Assembly (NCBI GenBank): GCA_963723495.1
Contig: CAVRQR010000015.1
Location: forward strand, 34,323-98,322
Source: an uncultured Acidobacteriota bacterium
GTDB lineage: Bacteria > Acidobacteriota > Vicinamibacteria > Vicinamibacterales > UBA2999
DNA length: 64,000 bases
Direction of reading: 5' to 3'
Position numbers and translations under genes: made by a program. Below, piece by piece: positions 30,375-41,010 of the stretch (positions are counted from its first letter, which is position 1; each line of letters begins with the position of its first letter). Under the pieces are notes generated by a model, which was given only the letters and a program-made list of their open reading frames with translations, did no database searches and was not told the origin of the DNA.

Positions 30375-31376
30375 CTACTGGGCCACCGCGAGCGGGCCTG
30401 TGCCTTTGACGCTGGCGTAGATCCGATCCATGAGGCGCTGATCCTCCATCGCCACTTCAAGACTCATCGCGGGTGACCGCTCTTCGCGGATGGAGCGATG
30501 AAAGTCACGGTACATCGCCTGATAACCCCGGATATCTCGAAAGCCCGGGAACACGATCCGCGGAAGTCTTTCGCCGCGTGCGAAGACGAACAGACCATTG
30601 GACTCGAACGTGATGATGCCCTTCCGGCCCAGCAGCTTGGACAACCGAAGTCCCTGCAGCAGCGACGGCACTTCGCGAGAGTAGTAGAGAGAGCCGACGG
30701 CACCGTTGTCGTACTCGAATGCGACCATCATGCTCTTCGCCCGCTTGTCCGTTTCCCCAACGCCGGGCGCTGGTCTGAATCCCTCGATGCGGACGATGCG
30801 AGGTCCCAGACTCGCTGCCAGGTGCAGCCAGTGAATCCCCTCCTCGAAGAACGCGTCGCCGCCCGCCATGGTTTCATCGTTCCGCCAGTCCTCGACCGTC
30901 TTGAACTTCTTGACGAGCGTCGTGAAATGACCGAACACCATGTCGCCAATCGCGCCCTCTTCGAGAAGTCGACGCAGACAGACGGCGAGTGGCTTGTAGT
31001 GATCGTTTTCGCCGACAAGGATGACCTTCCGCGCGCGATTCCTGGCAGCGGCCACGGTCTCGTAATCGGCGAGACGAAGAAACGCCGGTTTCTCGACGAG
31101 GACGTGTTTGCCGGCTTCCAGGGCGCGCAGCGTCAGGTCCAGGTGAAAACGCGGGGGCACCGCCACGACGACCGCGTCCACGGTCGGGTCGGTCATCGCC
31201 TCGCCATAGCTCGCGTAAGCGTGCTGACCGCCGTGGTCACGACGGAACTGTTCGGCCTTGCCGCGATCCCGGCTGGCATAGCTGCAGACGATTTCGGACC
31301 TGAGCCGGCGGAGATGACGACTGTGCACCCGGGTAATGAAGCCGCAGCCCAGAAAGGCGATGTGGAGTGACGGCAT
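30375..31376 (-). CDS. Gfo/Idh/MocA-family NAD(P)-dependent oxidoreductase
   Basis: Start taken at MPSLHIAFLGCGFITRVH (Rossmann fold), with VLVEKP downstream. Confidence 0.8.
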   Translation of the reverse strand: MPSLHIAFLGCGFITRVHSRHLRRLRSEIVCSYASRDRGKAEQFRRDHGGQHAYASYGEAMTDPTVDAVVVAVPPRFHLDLTLRALEAGKHVLVEKPAFLRLADYETVAAARNRARKVILVGENDHYKPLAVCLRRLLEEGAIGDMVFGHFTTLVKKFKTVEDWRNDETMAGGDAFFEEGIHWLHLAASLGPRIVRIEGFRPAPGVGETDKRAKSMMVAFEYDNGAVGSLYYSREVPSLLQGLRLSKLLGRKGIITFESNGLFVFARGERLPRIVFPGFRDIRGYQAMYRDFHRSIREERSPAMSLEVAMEDQRLMDRIYASVKGTGPLAVAQ

Positions 31377-31494
31377 CAGGGGCAGGACGGCCGGGCGCCG
31401 GCTTGATAGGCACCCGTGCCTCGTGTCAGTATCCGCGCCAGTTCGCGGTAATCGCCCAAGCCCATCACGCATCATTGTACTGAACGGAGGGCTC

Positions 31495-32523
31495 ATGCGC
31501 CGTCGGGCCTGTGTCGTCGCATTGCTTGTCCTGACCTCGGCGCCACATGCTGCGCAGGGGCAGACCTCCTCCTCCGTTAATGCGTCCGCCCAGAAGTGGT
31601 CGCCACCTCGTACGCCTGACGGTCAGCCGGATCTTCAGGGTGTCTGGCTGGTTCACACCGCCACGCCGCTCGAACGGCCCACGGCGCTCGAAGGCAGGGC
31701 GCGCCTCACTGATGAAGAAGTCGCCGAGTTCAGACGCAGAGCGGCTCGTCTTTTCGGAACGGGCAACAGCGACTTCGCGGTCGGCGACGGCGTCTTTCAG
31801 GCGGTACTGACCAATCCGGAGCGGTATACCAACCCGAACTCGACGCACGGCGCCACCGACATGATTGACCTCGAGTTCGACAATCGCACCTCGCTCATCG
31901 TCGATCCCCAGGACGGCAAGGTTCCCGCCCTGACGCCTGAGGGGCGCAACCGTCAGGCTGCCACCACCGCAGCGTTCCGGAGACCGTCGGTTCCCGCCGA
32001 TGTTGGCAATGCGTTGCGCTGCCTGTCATGGGGCGTGCCCCGTTTGGGTGGCCGCTACGGGTCTGGTGACATGAGCTACTACCAGATCTTTCAAAGCCCC
32101 GGCTTTGTCGTGCTGTTCATGGAGACCGGACACGAGGCACGACTCATCCCTCTCGATGGCAGGCCCCACCTGGCGCCGACAATCCGGCAATGGAATGGGG
32201 ACTCACGGGGACGCTGGGAAGGCGACACGCTCGTGGTGGAGACCACGAACTTCTCACCCAGCAGCTACTTCATGGGGGCTACCGAGCGGTTGCACCTGGT
32301 CGAACGCTTCACGCGCACTGGTCCTGACAGGATCGACTACGAGATGACGATCACCGATCCCACAACATGGGCGCGACCGTGGACGGCGATGATGCCGATG
32401 CGGGCCCGACAGGAAACACTGTACGAGTTCGCCTGCCACGAGGGGAACTACCACATCATGTCCGGGATGCTCGTCGGCGCACGGGTACAGCAGGAAGCCG
32501 AAGCTGCGGAACGGGGGCGCTGA
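31495..32523 (+). CDS. secreted protein of unknown function, paralog A (see 42617-43657)
   Basis: Signal peptide MRRRACVVALLVLTSAPHAAQG. Shared blocks are WSPPRTPDGQPDLQGVW, TPLERP, TSLIVDP.DG..P.LTPE, IPLDGRPHL, IRQW.GDSRGRWEG.TLVVETTNF, LHLVERFTR and YEFACHEGNY. Confidence 0.7.
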   Translation: MRRRACVVALLVLTSAPHAAQGQTSSSVNASAQKWSPPRTPDGQPDLQGVWLVHTATPLERPTALEGRARLTDEEVAEFRRRAARLFGTGNSDFAVGDGVFQAVLTNPERYTNPNSTHGATDMIDLEFDNRTSLIVDPQDGKVPALTPEGRNRQAATTAAFRRPSVPADVGNALRCLSWGVPRLGGRYGSGDMSYYQIFQSPGFVVLFMETGHEARLIPLDGRPHLAPTIRQWNGDSRGRWEGDTLVVETTNFSPSSYFMGATERLHLVERFTRTGPDRIDYEMTITDPTTWARPWTAMMPMRARQETLYEFACHEGNYHIMSGMLVGARVQQEAEAAERGR

Positions 32524-32550
32524 GCGGGGTTGCTCACGAACGCAACCCGT

Positions 32551-32632
32551 AATGCAAAATGCAGAATGCAGAAAATGCCCGCTGTTCGAGCAGCATTTCA
32601 GGGTCTGCATTTTGAATTCTGCATTCTGAATT
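32551..32632. repeat. hairpin built from tandem 7-nt words (AATGCAG / CTGCATT) between convergent genes
   Basis: The left arm is AATGCAA AATGCAG AATGCAG AAAATGC (32551-32578). The right arm is CTGCATT TTGAATT CTGCATT CTGAATT (32605-32632). A separate 7-bp stem, GGGTTGC/GCAACCC at 32527-32548, follows the stop codon. Confidence 0.7.
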
Positions 32633-32633
32633 A

Positions 32634-33560
32634 CTAAGACGCTTCGTTATACGCCGCCCGAATCGCGCCGACCATGCGATTCGGATCGTAACGTCCCTTC
32701 AGTTCTTCCTGCAGCAGCTTGATGGTGTCGTCGACGCTCTTGCCCTCCTTCTTTAGCGCAGTGGTGCGATCCCGCACGGTCGTGAGATACGTCCGGTAGT
32801 TGGTGACGAACGAGATGTCACCCATCGGGCCATGACTCGGGACGATGCGCTTCGGCTGCAGCTTCTCGAACCGATCCATGCTGGTGAGCCAGGTCGCGAT
32901 ACGTGAGTTCGCGCCCACCCCGGGCAGCGCGTTCATCGCGACGTCACCCGAGACGAGCACCATGTCGGGTTCGACGAAGAACGCCGTGTCACCACTGGTG
33001 TGGTTGAATCCCATCGCCATCGCTCGGACGCGCACGCCGCCCAGGTCGAAGACCTGTTCCTTATCGAATACGATGTCGGCTTTGCGGAAGTCCGCACCCT
33101 GCAGCATTTCAGCAACCGCGGGCGAGAACCCGGCGAACCGCTTCGCCGTCTGCAGCCCGTCGGCGGCGATCTCCTTCACTTGATCGTTCGAGCGCACCAT
33201 CTTCGTCGTCGCAGGGAATCCGTGGGCACCCAGATCGTGCTCGGGATGCACGTGCGTCGTCGCGAGGTAGAGCTCGCTGTTCTTGCTGACCTTCGCGACC
33301 TCCCGGAGAATCGCCTCCGCGTTCTTGACGCCGATGCCGGTATCGACAACGAAGGTCGCGCGGCTGCCGACGACGATCGTGACGTTCGGAATCAGCGGTG
33401 CACTGCCGTCCGGAATGACGTGGACGTGATCCGAGATCTTCTCAGTGACGCCTTCCCTGATGAGAGGCGTCGGAATTGGCCCACGCTGGGCAGACGCGAC
33501 GTTCAAGAGCGTTGCGCTCAGGATGCACGCAAGGATGATGGGACAAGCCCGGATTCGCAT
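32634..33560 (-). CDS. secreted MBL-fold metallo-hydrolase
   Basis: Signal peptide MRIRACPIILACILSATLLNVASA. Metal site ATTHVHPEHDLG. The downstream HTSGD and SHGP fit the fold. Confidence 0.8.
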   Translation of the reverse strand: MRIRACPIILACILSATLLNVASAQRGPIPTPLIREGVTEKISDHVHVIPDGSAPLIPNVTIVVGSRATFVVDTGIGVKNAEAILREVAKVSKNSELYLATTHVHPEHDLGAHGFPATTKMVRSNDQVKEIAADGLQTAKRFAGFSPAVAEMLQGADFRKADIVFDKEQVFDLGGVRVRAMAMGFNHTSGDTAFFVEPDMVLVSGDVAMNALPGVGANSRIATWLTSMDRFEKLQPKRIVPSHGPMGDISFVTNYRTYLTTVRDRTTALKKEGKSVDDTIKLLQEELKGRYDPNRMVGAIRAAYNEAS

Positions 33561-33662
33561 GATAAAGACCTCATGTTCGACGGCGATTCTTCGGCGGAGC
33601 TGAAATCATACCTGCGTTCCCTTCGTGGTTGCATTTCTTGATCAATCGTCGCCGATGACCAG

Positions 33663-35096
33663 TCACTGCAGAAACGCGGCGGCCAATCCGAGGAACAGGA
33701 AGAAGCCCATGGCATCGGTGATGAACGTCAGCAGCACGCTCGACCCGTACGCCGGATCACGCCCCGTCGAGTGCAGGCCTACGGGGATGAGCACACCCGC
33801 AACGGCTGCGACCACGAGGTTCAGCACCACAGCAGCGGTCATGACGGCACCGAGCGCGTAGTTGGCATACAGGGCGATCGCGACGATCCCGACTACGACT
33901 CCCCAGATCGATCCGTTCATCAGACTCACCACCAGCTCCTTGTTCAGGAGCCGGACTGCCCCGGAGCCGCGCACCTGATCGCCGGCGAGGGCGCGGATCA
34001 TGATCGCCATGGTCTGGTTGCCGGTATTGCCACCGATGCTCGCAACGATCGGCATCAGTGCGGCCAGTGCCGACAGATCGCGAATCGTGTGCTCGAACTG
34101 TCCGATGACGCGTGAGGCGATAAATGCCGTGACGAGGTTGATGCCGAGCCACGGCCATCGATTGAGCGCGCTGTCCAGCGGTCGCGCGAACAGATCTTCG
34201 TCACGCGTCAGGCCGGCGCGTTTGAGCGCGCGGAGATCCGCCTCCTGCCGGACGAAGTCCATCACCGCATCGACGGTCAGTCGTCCCACGAGCTTGCCGC
34301 GATCGTCGACGACCGGCGCGGATACGAGGTCATAGCGCTCGAATGCGCTGGCCGCCTGCTGAACCTGATCGAGGGGACCGAACGTGACCGGATCGGGCAC
34401 CACCGAACTCAAGACCGGGACTGACGGATCGGTCAGCAGAAGCGTCTGCAGTGGGATGGAGCCTCGCAGTACGTGCCGGGCATCGACCACGAAGAGGCGA
34501 TCGGTCTGGGGCGGCAACTCGGCACGCGTGCGCAGCTCTCCGAGCACCTGCTGGATCGTGTGCGTCTCGGATACGGCAACCCACTCGTGCGTCATGTGGT
34601 GACCGATCTGCGCTTCGTCGTACTGAATCGTCGCCTCGAATGCCTGACGATCCCGGGACTCCAGCGCTCGCGATACGCTCTCGAGCACCTCAGGCGGCAG
34701 GTCGTCTGACACATACCCGAGGTCTTCCGGATCCAACGTGGTAAGCATGGCCACGAGCGCGTCGTGCGCGGTTCGCTCGACCAGCCACTCGCGGACGGCG
34801 GTCGCTACCTCGACGAACACCAGGCCGGCCTGATCGGGCTCCACTTCTTCCCAGACGGTCTGGCGATCGTCCTGTGGCAGCGCCTCGAGTACGAATGCGA
34901 CGTCCGCGGCGTGCATCGAGCGCAGCCGCTTGTGCAGTTCGACCAGGTTCTGCCGGTGTTGAAGACGCTCGAGCAGATCCCGCTTCGGGCCTTCCTGTCG
35001 ATGTGTGAGCGTCTCGAGAACGCGGTGCCTGTCCAGGAGTCGTGTGACCTCGTCAAGACTCTGCTGGAGCCGGGACTCTGGCCGTGCGGTCGTCAT
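33663..35096 (-). CDS. mgtE: magnesium transporter MgtE
   Basis: Start taken at MTTARPES. There are N-domain and tandem CBS-like regions. The TM domain carries IVASIGGNTGNQT and the terminal GLAAAFL. Confidence 0.85.
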   Translation of the reverse strand: MTTARPESRLQQSLDEVTRLLDRHRVLETLTHRQEGPKRDLLERLQHRQNLVELHKRLRSMHAADVAFVLEALPQDDRQTVWEEVEPDQAGLVFVEVATAVREWLVERTAHDALVAMLTTLDPEDLGYVSDDLPPEVLESVSRALESRDRQAFEATIQYDEAQIGHHMTHEWVAVSETHTIQQVLGELRTRAELPPQTDRLFVVDARHVLRGSIPLQTLLLTDPSVPVLSSVVPDPVTFGPLDQVQQAASAFERYDLVSAPVVDDRGKLVGRLTVDAVMDFVRQEADLRALKRAGLTRDEDLFARPLDSALNRWPWLGINLVTAFIASRVIGQFEHTIRDLSALAALMPIVASIGGNTGNQTMAIMIRALAGDQVRGSGAVRLLNKELVVSLMNGSIWGVVVGIVAIALYANYALGAVMTAAVVLNLVVAAVAGVLIPVGLHSTGRDPAYGSSVLLTFITDAMGFFLFLGLAAAFLQ

Positions 35097-35203
35097 AGGG
35101 CGCCTACCTGCCGGTAACGATGATAGGCCGTCTCGCTGACGTGCCGGCGGCATCTCAACGGTGAAAACACTCTGCGACAGACGCCACGTTCCATAATGGA
35201 CGC

Positions 35204-36142
35204 ATGCCATCCTGGCGGCTGCCGGAGAGCATCGTTGCGCACATGCATCGCAAGGCACGCGCCGACCGGTGGGCCGTGTCGATCGACGACTTCGCCGCCG
35301 TGCTCGAACGTAGTGTCCGCAAGGCTTTTACGAGCGAGCCCGACAGACGCGAGATGGAGCGGTATCTATCCTCGCTGCACCTCGAAGACCTTGCGCTGGC
35401 CTGTGCATGCGCTAGCGGACACGACGGCGCCTGGGAGCACTTCGTGCGCGCGCATCGTCCGGTGCTCTACAAGGCAGCCGACGCGATCGATTCGACGGGA
35501 GGTTCACGCGAACTTGCCGACTCGCTCTACGGTGAATTGTTCGGACTGGTCGAACGAGATGGCGTGCGGCGCTCGCTCTTCGGGTACTTCCACGGCCGCA
35601 GCAGTCTCAGCACATGGCTGCGCGCCGTCCTGGCGCAGCGGCACGTGGACCGCATTCGGAGCGCGCGGCGGTTCGAGTCGCTGCCCGATGAGGAAGACCG
35701 CGTGCTGGCGCAGCCCGACAATCGTCAGCCACAGCCTTCCGGATATGTCGAGTTGATGCGACGGGCGGTGACGGCGGTCGTGGCTGCTCTGGCGCCCCGC
35801 GACAGGCTCAGGCTCGCCTACTACTATGCGCAGGAGCTGACGCTCGCGCAGATCGGCCGCGCGCTCGGGGAGCACGAAGCGACCGTGTCACGCAACATCG
35901 CCCGGGCGAGGCGGGACATCCGAACCGGCGTTGAAGCCCGGCTTCGCGATCACGAGCACATGAGTGCTGCCGAGATTGACGACTGTTTCGCCGCCGTGCT
36001 CGAAGACGTCGGATCGCTCGATGTCTCTGATCTGCTGGGAACGGCGCAGGAAGACCTCGACCCGGCCACGGGCCAGACGAGTCGGCGCAAGGACACGCCA
36101 CGGAAACGTTCTAAGGATAGAGCCGAGGGAGCCAGTGCCTGA
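35204..36142 (+). CDS. ECF-type sigma-70 family RNA polymerase sigma factor with extended N-terminus
   Basis: The region 2-like segment is LEDLALACACASGHDGAWEHF...LYGELF. The region 4 HTH is RLAYYYAQELTLAQIGRALGEHEATVSRNIARARRDI. The true start may be an internal Met. Confidence 0.8.
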   Translation: MPSWRLPESIVAHMHRKARADRWAVSIDDFAAVLERSVRKAFTSEPDRREMERYLSSLHLEDLALACACASGHDGAWEHFVRAHRPVLYKAADAIDSTGGSRELADSLYGELFGLVERDGVRRSLFGYFHGRSSLSTWLRAVLAQRHVDRIRSARRFESLPDEEDRVLAQPDNRQPQPSGYVELMRRAVTAVVAALAPRDRLRLAYYYAQELTLAQIGRALGEHEATVSRNIARARRDIRTGVEARLRDHEHMSAAEIDDCFAAVLEDVGSLDVSDLLGTAQEDLDPATGQTSRRKDTPRKRSKDRAEGASA

Positions 36143-37154
36143 CCACGACCGCGACCGTTCGGTAGACCATGTGCTCCGGCGCGTGCTGTCCGACAGCAGA
36201 TCCGCGTCGACGCAGTCTCCCTGCGTGGATGGCGAGACGTTCGCCGCGTGGACCTCGGGATCCCTGCGCGCAGAGCAGGCGGCGGACGTTGAGCGCCATG
36301 TCGCTGACTGCGCGCGATGTCAGGCCATGATGGTGGCTTTCGTCCAGACGAACCCAGTTGCCCCGACGACGGAGTCCGTCTGGCGGCGATGGCGCCTCGG
36401 ATGGGTCGTTCCACTGGCGACTGCAGCAACCGCGGCCGCGCTCTGGATCGGTCTGCCAGGAAACTCTACCCTCCCGACGTCGCTGGACACTGCCAGCCGC
36501 TCTGTTGCGGTCGAACCGCAGAGTCCTGCCGCTGCGTCTGATCAGTTAGCTGCTGCGGCCCGCGAGAGCGCGGCTCCACCGGCATCTGTCATTCAGGAGA
36601 GAGTTGACGCACGCGCCGGCAACGAAACCAGGAAACAGCTGGATGAGGCCCCGCGACGCGAACGCGCGGAAGAACGATTTACGGCTGCGGCACCCCCGCC
36701 CGTCCCTGCCGCCGTCGCGCCAGCTGAAAGTGCCGAGGCAGATCGGCGTGATTTGGCGGCGAACTCCTCCGCTCGAACGTTCGCGGCGCGCGCGTTAGCA
36801 GCGCCACTGGAAATCGTTGCGCCGGGAGGGGCGGCGCGGTGGCGAATCGTCAATGATCAACAGATCGAGCGAACGACATCTGCCGGTGTCGATTGGACGC
36901 CTGTGGAGATCGACTCACCCGACGTTCTCACCTCCGGCGCGGCGCTGTCCCCATCCGTCTGCTGGATCGTCGGGCGTCGCGGCGCTGTCTATGTCACGAC
37001 TGACGGCGTGCGTTTCGAGCGTCTTCCCTTCCCGGAAGTGGCCGATCTGGTCGCGGTCACGGCCCTCGACGATCGCACAGCAACCGTCTCGACTGCAGAC
37101 GGCAAGTCCTGGCGGACCGTCGATCAGGGACGTACCTGGTCGGCGGTTCGGTAG
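36135..37154 (+). CDS. anti-sigma factor (zf-HC2) with TM helix and C-terminal BNR/Ycf48-like repeats
   Basis: The GTG overlaps the sigma stop codon. The zf-HC2 motif is [12 protein letters not shown], and the TM helix is [19 protein letters not shown]. The C-terminus has SAGVDWT, TTDGVRF and [16 protein letters not shown] repeats. Confidence 0.7.
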   Translation: MPDHDRDRSVDHVLRRVLSDSRSASTQSPCVDGETFAAWTSGSLRAEQAADVERHVADCARCQAMMVAFVQTNPVAPTTESVWRRWRLGWVVPLATAATAAALWIGLPGNSTLPTSLDTASRSVAVEPQSPAAASDQLAAAARESAAPPASVIQERVDARAGNETRKQLDEAPRRERAEERFTAAAPPPVPAAVAPAESAEADRRDLAANSSARTFAARALAAPLEIVAPGGAARWRIVNDQQIERTTSAGVDWTPVEIDSPDVLTSGAALSPSVCWIVGRRGAVYVTTDGVRFERLPFPEVADLVAVTALDDRTATVSTADGKSWRTVDQGRTWSAVR

Positions 37155-37176
37155 GCCCTCGGCTCCGCCTTCGATC

Positions 37177-37278
37177 TCCAACTTCCAACGCCCAACTCCC
37201 AAGGCCCAACCTCCAATTTTCAACGCCCGACCTCCATCAATTGCTCGGGAGTTGGTGTTTTGGAAGTTGGGAGTTGAG
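37177..37278. repeat. hairpin built from tandem 7-nt words (YCCAACN / NGTTGGR) upstream of coxS
   Basis: Nine consecutive heptamers lie at 37177-37239: TCCAACT TCCAACG CCCAACT CCCAAGG CCCAACC TCCAATT TTCAACG CCCGACC TCCATCA. The complementary arm GGGAGTTGGTGTTTTGGAAGTTGGGAGTTGAG lies at 37247-37278. Confidence 0.75.
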
Positions 37279-37317
37279 TCGTTCTTGTGTAGGCTATGGG
37301 GCCGAAGAGGGACACCG

Positions 37318-37779
<462 letters not shown>

Positions 37780-37781
37780 CG

Positions 37782-40157
37782 ATGGCATCCACCCCTGTCC
37801 TTCCCAAGCTGGTCGGCCAGCGCGTCAAGCGGCGGGAAGACCCGCGCCTCATCCAGGGACGCGGGACCTACGTCGACGACGTGAAGATTGCCGGCATGCA
37901 GCACATCGTCTTCAAGCGAAGCGACATCGCGCATGGCCGTATCAAGTCGATTGACGTCAGCGCGGCGCAGGCCATGGATGGCGTCGAGGCTGTCTTCACT
38001 GGCGCTCAGATCGCCGAGGTCCTGGCGCCGATGCCGATCGGGACGCCATTCCCCTCACCCGATCATCGCGCGGTCGCGACCGACGTCGTCCGCTTCGCCG
38101 GTGAGCCGGTAGCCGTAGTCGTCGCAGCCGATCGCTACGTCGCTCGCGATGCCTCGGACGCGATCGTCGTCACCTACGATCCGTTTCCGGCCGTCGTCGA
38201 TCCGGAACTGGCGATGACCGGCAAGCCGACCGTGATTCATGAAGCCTTCCCGAACAATCTGGCGGTGCCACTGGTGCCGAGCGGCACCGGCGTGAAGCCA
38301 GATGGTTCGGGGATCGACGACACCGCCATCGACCACGCATTCGCTCAGGCCGAGGTGATCATCAAGCAACGCATGGTCAACCAGCGACTGGTGCCCAACG
38401 CGATGGAACCGCGCGGCGTCGTCGCCCACTTCGAGCCCGGCAAAGGCACGATGACCATCTGGTCGTCGACGCAGAACCCGCACATCTTACGGACGATGAT
38501 CGCGGCCATGACGGGCATGGGCCAGGATCAGGTTCGCGCGATCGCTCCCGAAGTGGGCGGCGGGTTCGGCGCCAAGATCAACATCTACGGGGAGGAGTAC
38601 GTGGCCGCGGTGGTGTCGAAGCGGCTCGGTATTCCGGTCAAGTGGATCGAAGATCGTGCCGAGGCGTTCGTTGCCACGACCCACGGGCGCGACATCATCG
38701 GCTACGTCGAGCTTGCCGCCAAACGCGATGGTACCGTGCTCGGCCTCAAGATGCGTCTGATCGCCGACATCGGTGCGTACAACATGCTGCTCACGGCCGC
38801 GATCCCGACGCTCACGATGTTGATGGCGAATGCGACCTACGACATCCCTGCCATCCGCACGACGTTGACCGAGGTCTTTACCAACAAGACCCCGACCGAC
38901 GCGTACCGAGGCGCCGGACGTCCCGAGGCGACGTACTTCGTCGAACGGGCGATGGACATGCTGGCGCGCGAGCTCAACATGGATCCGGCGGAGGTCCGCC
39001 GCAAGAACTTCATCGCGGCCAACAAGTTTCCCTTCCAGACGCAGATGGGCGCCGTGTACGACTCGGGCGACTACGCCAAGGCGCTCGATGCGGCGCTGCA
39101 GCATTCCAAATGGAACGAGCTCAAGAAGGAGCGCGACGCCGCCAAGGCGAAGGGACGGCTGGTCGGCCTCGGCCTGTCGATGTATGTCGAGGTCTGCGGC
39201 GTCGGACCGTCGGCAACGCTGCCGACCGGTGGCTGGGAACACGCGTCTGTGACCGTCGAGCGTGATGGCCGCATCAGCGCAACCACTGGCGCATCACCGC
39301 ACGGCCAGGGAAACGAGACGACCTTTGCGCAGATGCTGGCCGATCAGTTCGGTGTGCCTCTCGAGCACGTAACGATCCTCCATGGCGACACCGCCGTCGT
39401 GAAGCAGGGGATCGGCACCTTCGGCAGCCGCTCGCAGGCGGTCGGCGGAGCCGCGCTGCACATGGCCGGTACGAAGGCGAAGTCCAAGATGGCCAAGTTC
39501 GCCGCCGCCCTGCTCGAGGCGCACGAGGACGACCTCGTCTTCGAGAACGGGAAGGTCTCCGTGAAAGGGGCTCCCGCGCGCGGGAAAGCCTTCGCCGAGG
39601 TGGCCGGCTTCGCGTACATCCCGGTGCCGCTGCCAGAAGGTCTCGAACCAGGTGTCAGCGAGGAAGCCTTCTTCGAGCCGACCAACAACACGTATCCGTT
39701 CGGTTGTCACATCTCGATGCTCGAGATCGATCGCGAAACCGGCGAGCCCACGCTTCTGAGACTGGTGGCGGTGGACGATGCCGGGCATCTGATCAATCCG
39801 CTGATCGTCGAGGGACAGATCCACGGCGGCCTCGCCCAGGGGATCGGTCAGGCCATGATCGAGGAGGCGGTCTACAACTCCGACGGTCAGCTCGTGACCG
39901 GATCCTTCATGGACTACGCACTGCCTCGTGCGATTGACTTCCCACGGTTCGAGCTGCACAGCACGGTCACGCCGACGCCAGTCAATCCACTTGGCGCGAA
40001 AGGCGTCGGCGAAGCGGGCACGCTCGGCTCGACGCCCAGCATCGTCTCGGCAGCGGTCGACGCGCTCAGCGAGTTCGGTGTGAAGCATATCGACATGATG
40101 CTGCGGCCCGAAAAGCTGTGGCGCATCATCCACGGCCAGCAAGGAGGCCAGGCGTGA
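37782..40157 (+). CDS. coxL: molybdopterin-binding large subunit, form II CoxL-like (AYRGAGR active-site loop)
   Basis: N-terminus GQRVKRREDPRLIQGRGTYVDD. The active-site loop is TPTDAYRGAGRPEATYFVER rather than the form I AYXCSFR. Length 791 aa. Confidence 0.9.
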   Translation: MASTPVLPKLVGQRVKRREDPRLIQGRGTYVDDVKIAGMQHIVFKRSDIAHGRIKSIDVSAAQAMDGVEAVFTGAQIAEVLAPMPIGTPFPSPDHRAVATDVVRFAGEPVAVVVAADRYVARDASDAIVVTYDPFPAVVDPELAMTGKPTVIHEAFPNNLAVPLVPSGTGVKPDGSGIDDTAIDHAFAQAEVIIKQRMVNQRLVPNAMEPRGVVAHFEPGKGTMTIWSSTQNPHILRTMIAAMTGMGQDQVRAIAPEVGGGFGAKINIYGEEYVAAVVSKRLGIPVKWIEDRAEAFVATTHGRDIIGYVELAAKRDGTVLGLKMRLIADIGAYNMLLTAAIPTLTMLMANATYDIPAIRTTLTEVFTNKTPTDAYRGAGRPEATYFVERAMDMLARELNMDPAEVRRKNFIAANKFPFQTQMGAVYDSGDYAKALDAALQHSKWNELKKERDAAKAKGRLVGLGLSMYVEVCGVGPSATLPTGGWEHASVTVERDGRISATTGASPHGQGNETTFAQMLADQFGVPLEHVTILHGDTAVVKQGIGTFGSRSQAVGGAALHMAGTKAKSKMAKFAAALLEAHEDDLVFENGKVSVKGAPARGKAFAEVAGFAYIPVPLPEGLEPGVSEEAFFEPTNNTYPFGCHISMLEIDRETGEPTLLRLVAVDDAGHLINPLIVEGQIHGGLAQGIGQAMIEEAVYNSDGQLVTGSFMDYALPRAIDFPRFELHSTVTPTPVNPLGAKGVGEAGTLGSTPSIVSAAVDALSEFGVKHIDMMLRPEKLWRIIHGQQGGQA

Positions 40158-41002
40158 TCCCGACTGCGTTCGGCTATCAGCGTGCCACATCGCTCGACGA
40201 TGCAGTGGCGAAGCTCAAGGCAGCCAGCGGCGGAAAGCTGATCGCGGGCGGGCACAGCCTCGTGCCGTTGATGAAGCTGCGGCTCAGCGAGCCCGCCGTG
40301 CTGATCGATGTCGCCAGGATTCCTGGCCTGTCAGGGATCAAGGAAAAGGACGGCAGGATCGAGATTGGCGCCGCCACGACACATACCGAGGTTGCTTCCT
40401 CCGCGCTGTTGAAACAGGTCTGTCCTGTCGTTGCCGATACCGCGATAGAAATCGGCGATCCACAAGTGCGCAACCGCGGCACGCTGGGTGGCAGCCTTGC
40501 CCATGCGGATCCGGCCGCCGACTACCCCGCCACCATGCTGGCTGTCGATGCCGAGATTCATATCAAGGGCCCGAATGGCTGGCGCAAGGTCAAGGCGAGC
40601 GACTTCTTCCAGGGCTTGTTCACGGTGGATCTGCAGCCCGATGAGATCATCGCCGGTGTGCAGTTCGCGCCCGTCAAGGCCGCTGCCTACGCCAAGCTTC
40701 ACCAGCGCGCGTCGCACTTCGCCATCGTCGGTGTCGCCGCCGCCGTGGAAGTGAAGGGCGGCGTCTTTCAATCGGCACGCATCGGGATAACCGGCGCCAG
40801 CACCCACGCCACTCGCTTGACTGCGGTCGAGCAGGCGCTGGCTGGCAAGCCTGCGACGAAGGAAACGATTGCTACCGCCTCAGCGGCGGCTTCGGTGGGC
40901 GACGATGTCAACTCGGACATCCACGCGAGCGACGAGTATCGTCGGGCGATGATGAAGGTGTTCACGCGACGCGCACTCGAGGAGGCATTGGCCCGGGCCT
41001 GA
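40154..41002 (+). CDS. coxM: FAD-binding medium subunit of the molybdenum hydroxylase
   Basis: The GTG overlaps the coxL stop codon. IAGGHSLVPLMKLRL and RNRGTLGGSLAH motifs. Confidence 0.85.
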   Translation: MIPTAFGYQRATSLDDAVAKLKAASGGKLIAGGHSLVPLMKLRLSEPAVLIDVARIPGLSGIKEKDGRIEIGAATTHTEVASSALLKQVCPVVADTAIEIGDPQVRNRGTLGGSLAHADPAADYPATMLAVDAEIHIKGPNGWRKVKASDFFQGLFTVDLQPDEIIAGVQFAPVKAAAYAKLHQRASHFAIVGVAAAVEVKGGVFQSARIGITGASTHATRLTAVEQALAGKPATKETIATASAAASVGDDVNSDIHASDEYRRAMMKVFTRRALEEALARA

Positions 41003-41010
41003 GATCCGTC

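Noticed and set aside
35097-35203. Possible M-box riboswitch upstream of mgtE, and an ECF-type promoter (AAC at 35166-35168, CGTT at 35187-35190) upstream of the sigma gene.
   Set aside because: The intergenic region is only about 100 nt, too short for an M-box. The AAC-to-CGT spacing is 18 nt, longer than the usual 16-17, so neither is supportable by eye.
38487-40190. Long minus-strand ORFs inside coxL (38487-39242 and 39294-40190). Similar long antisense or offset ORFs occur elsewhere: 4233-5306, 10278-11408, 20735-21469, 28000-29283, 30498-31370, 44252-45499, 48684-49631 and 60254-61000.
   Set aside because: They lie opposite to, or out of frame with, genes that have clear family motifs. 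Their products are Arg/Ala/Gly/Pro-rich, as expected for shadow ORFs in GC-rich DNA.
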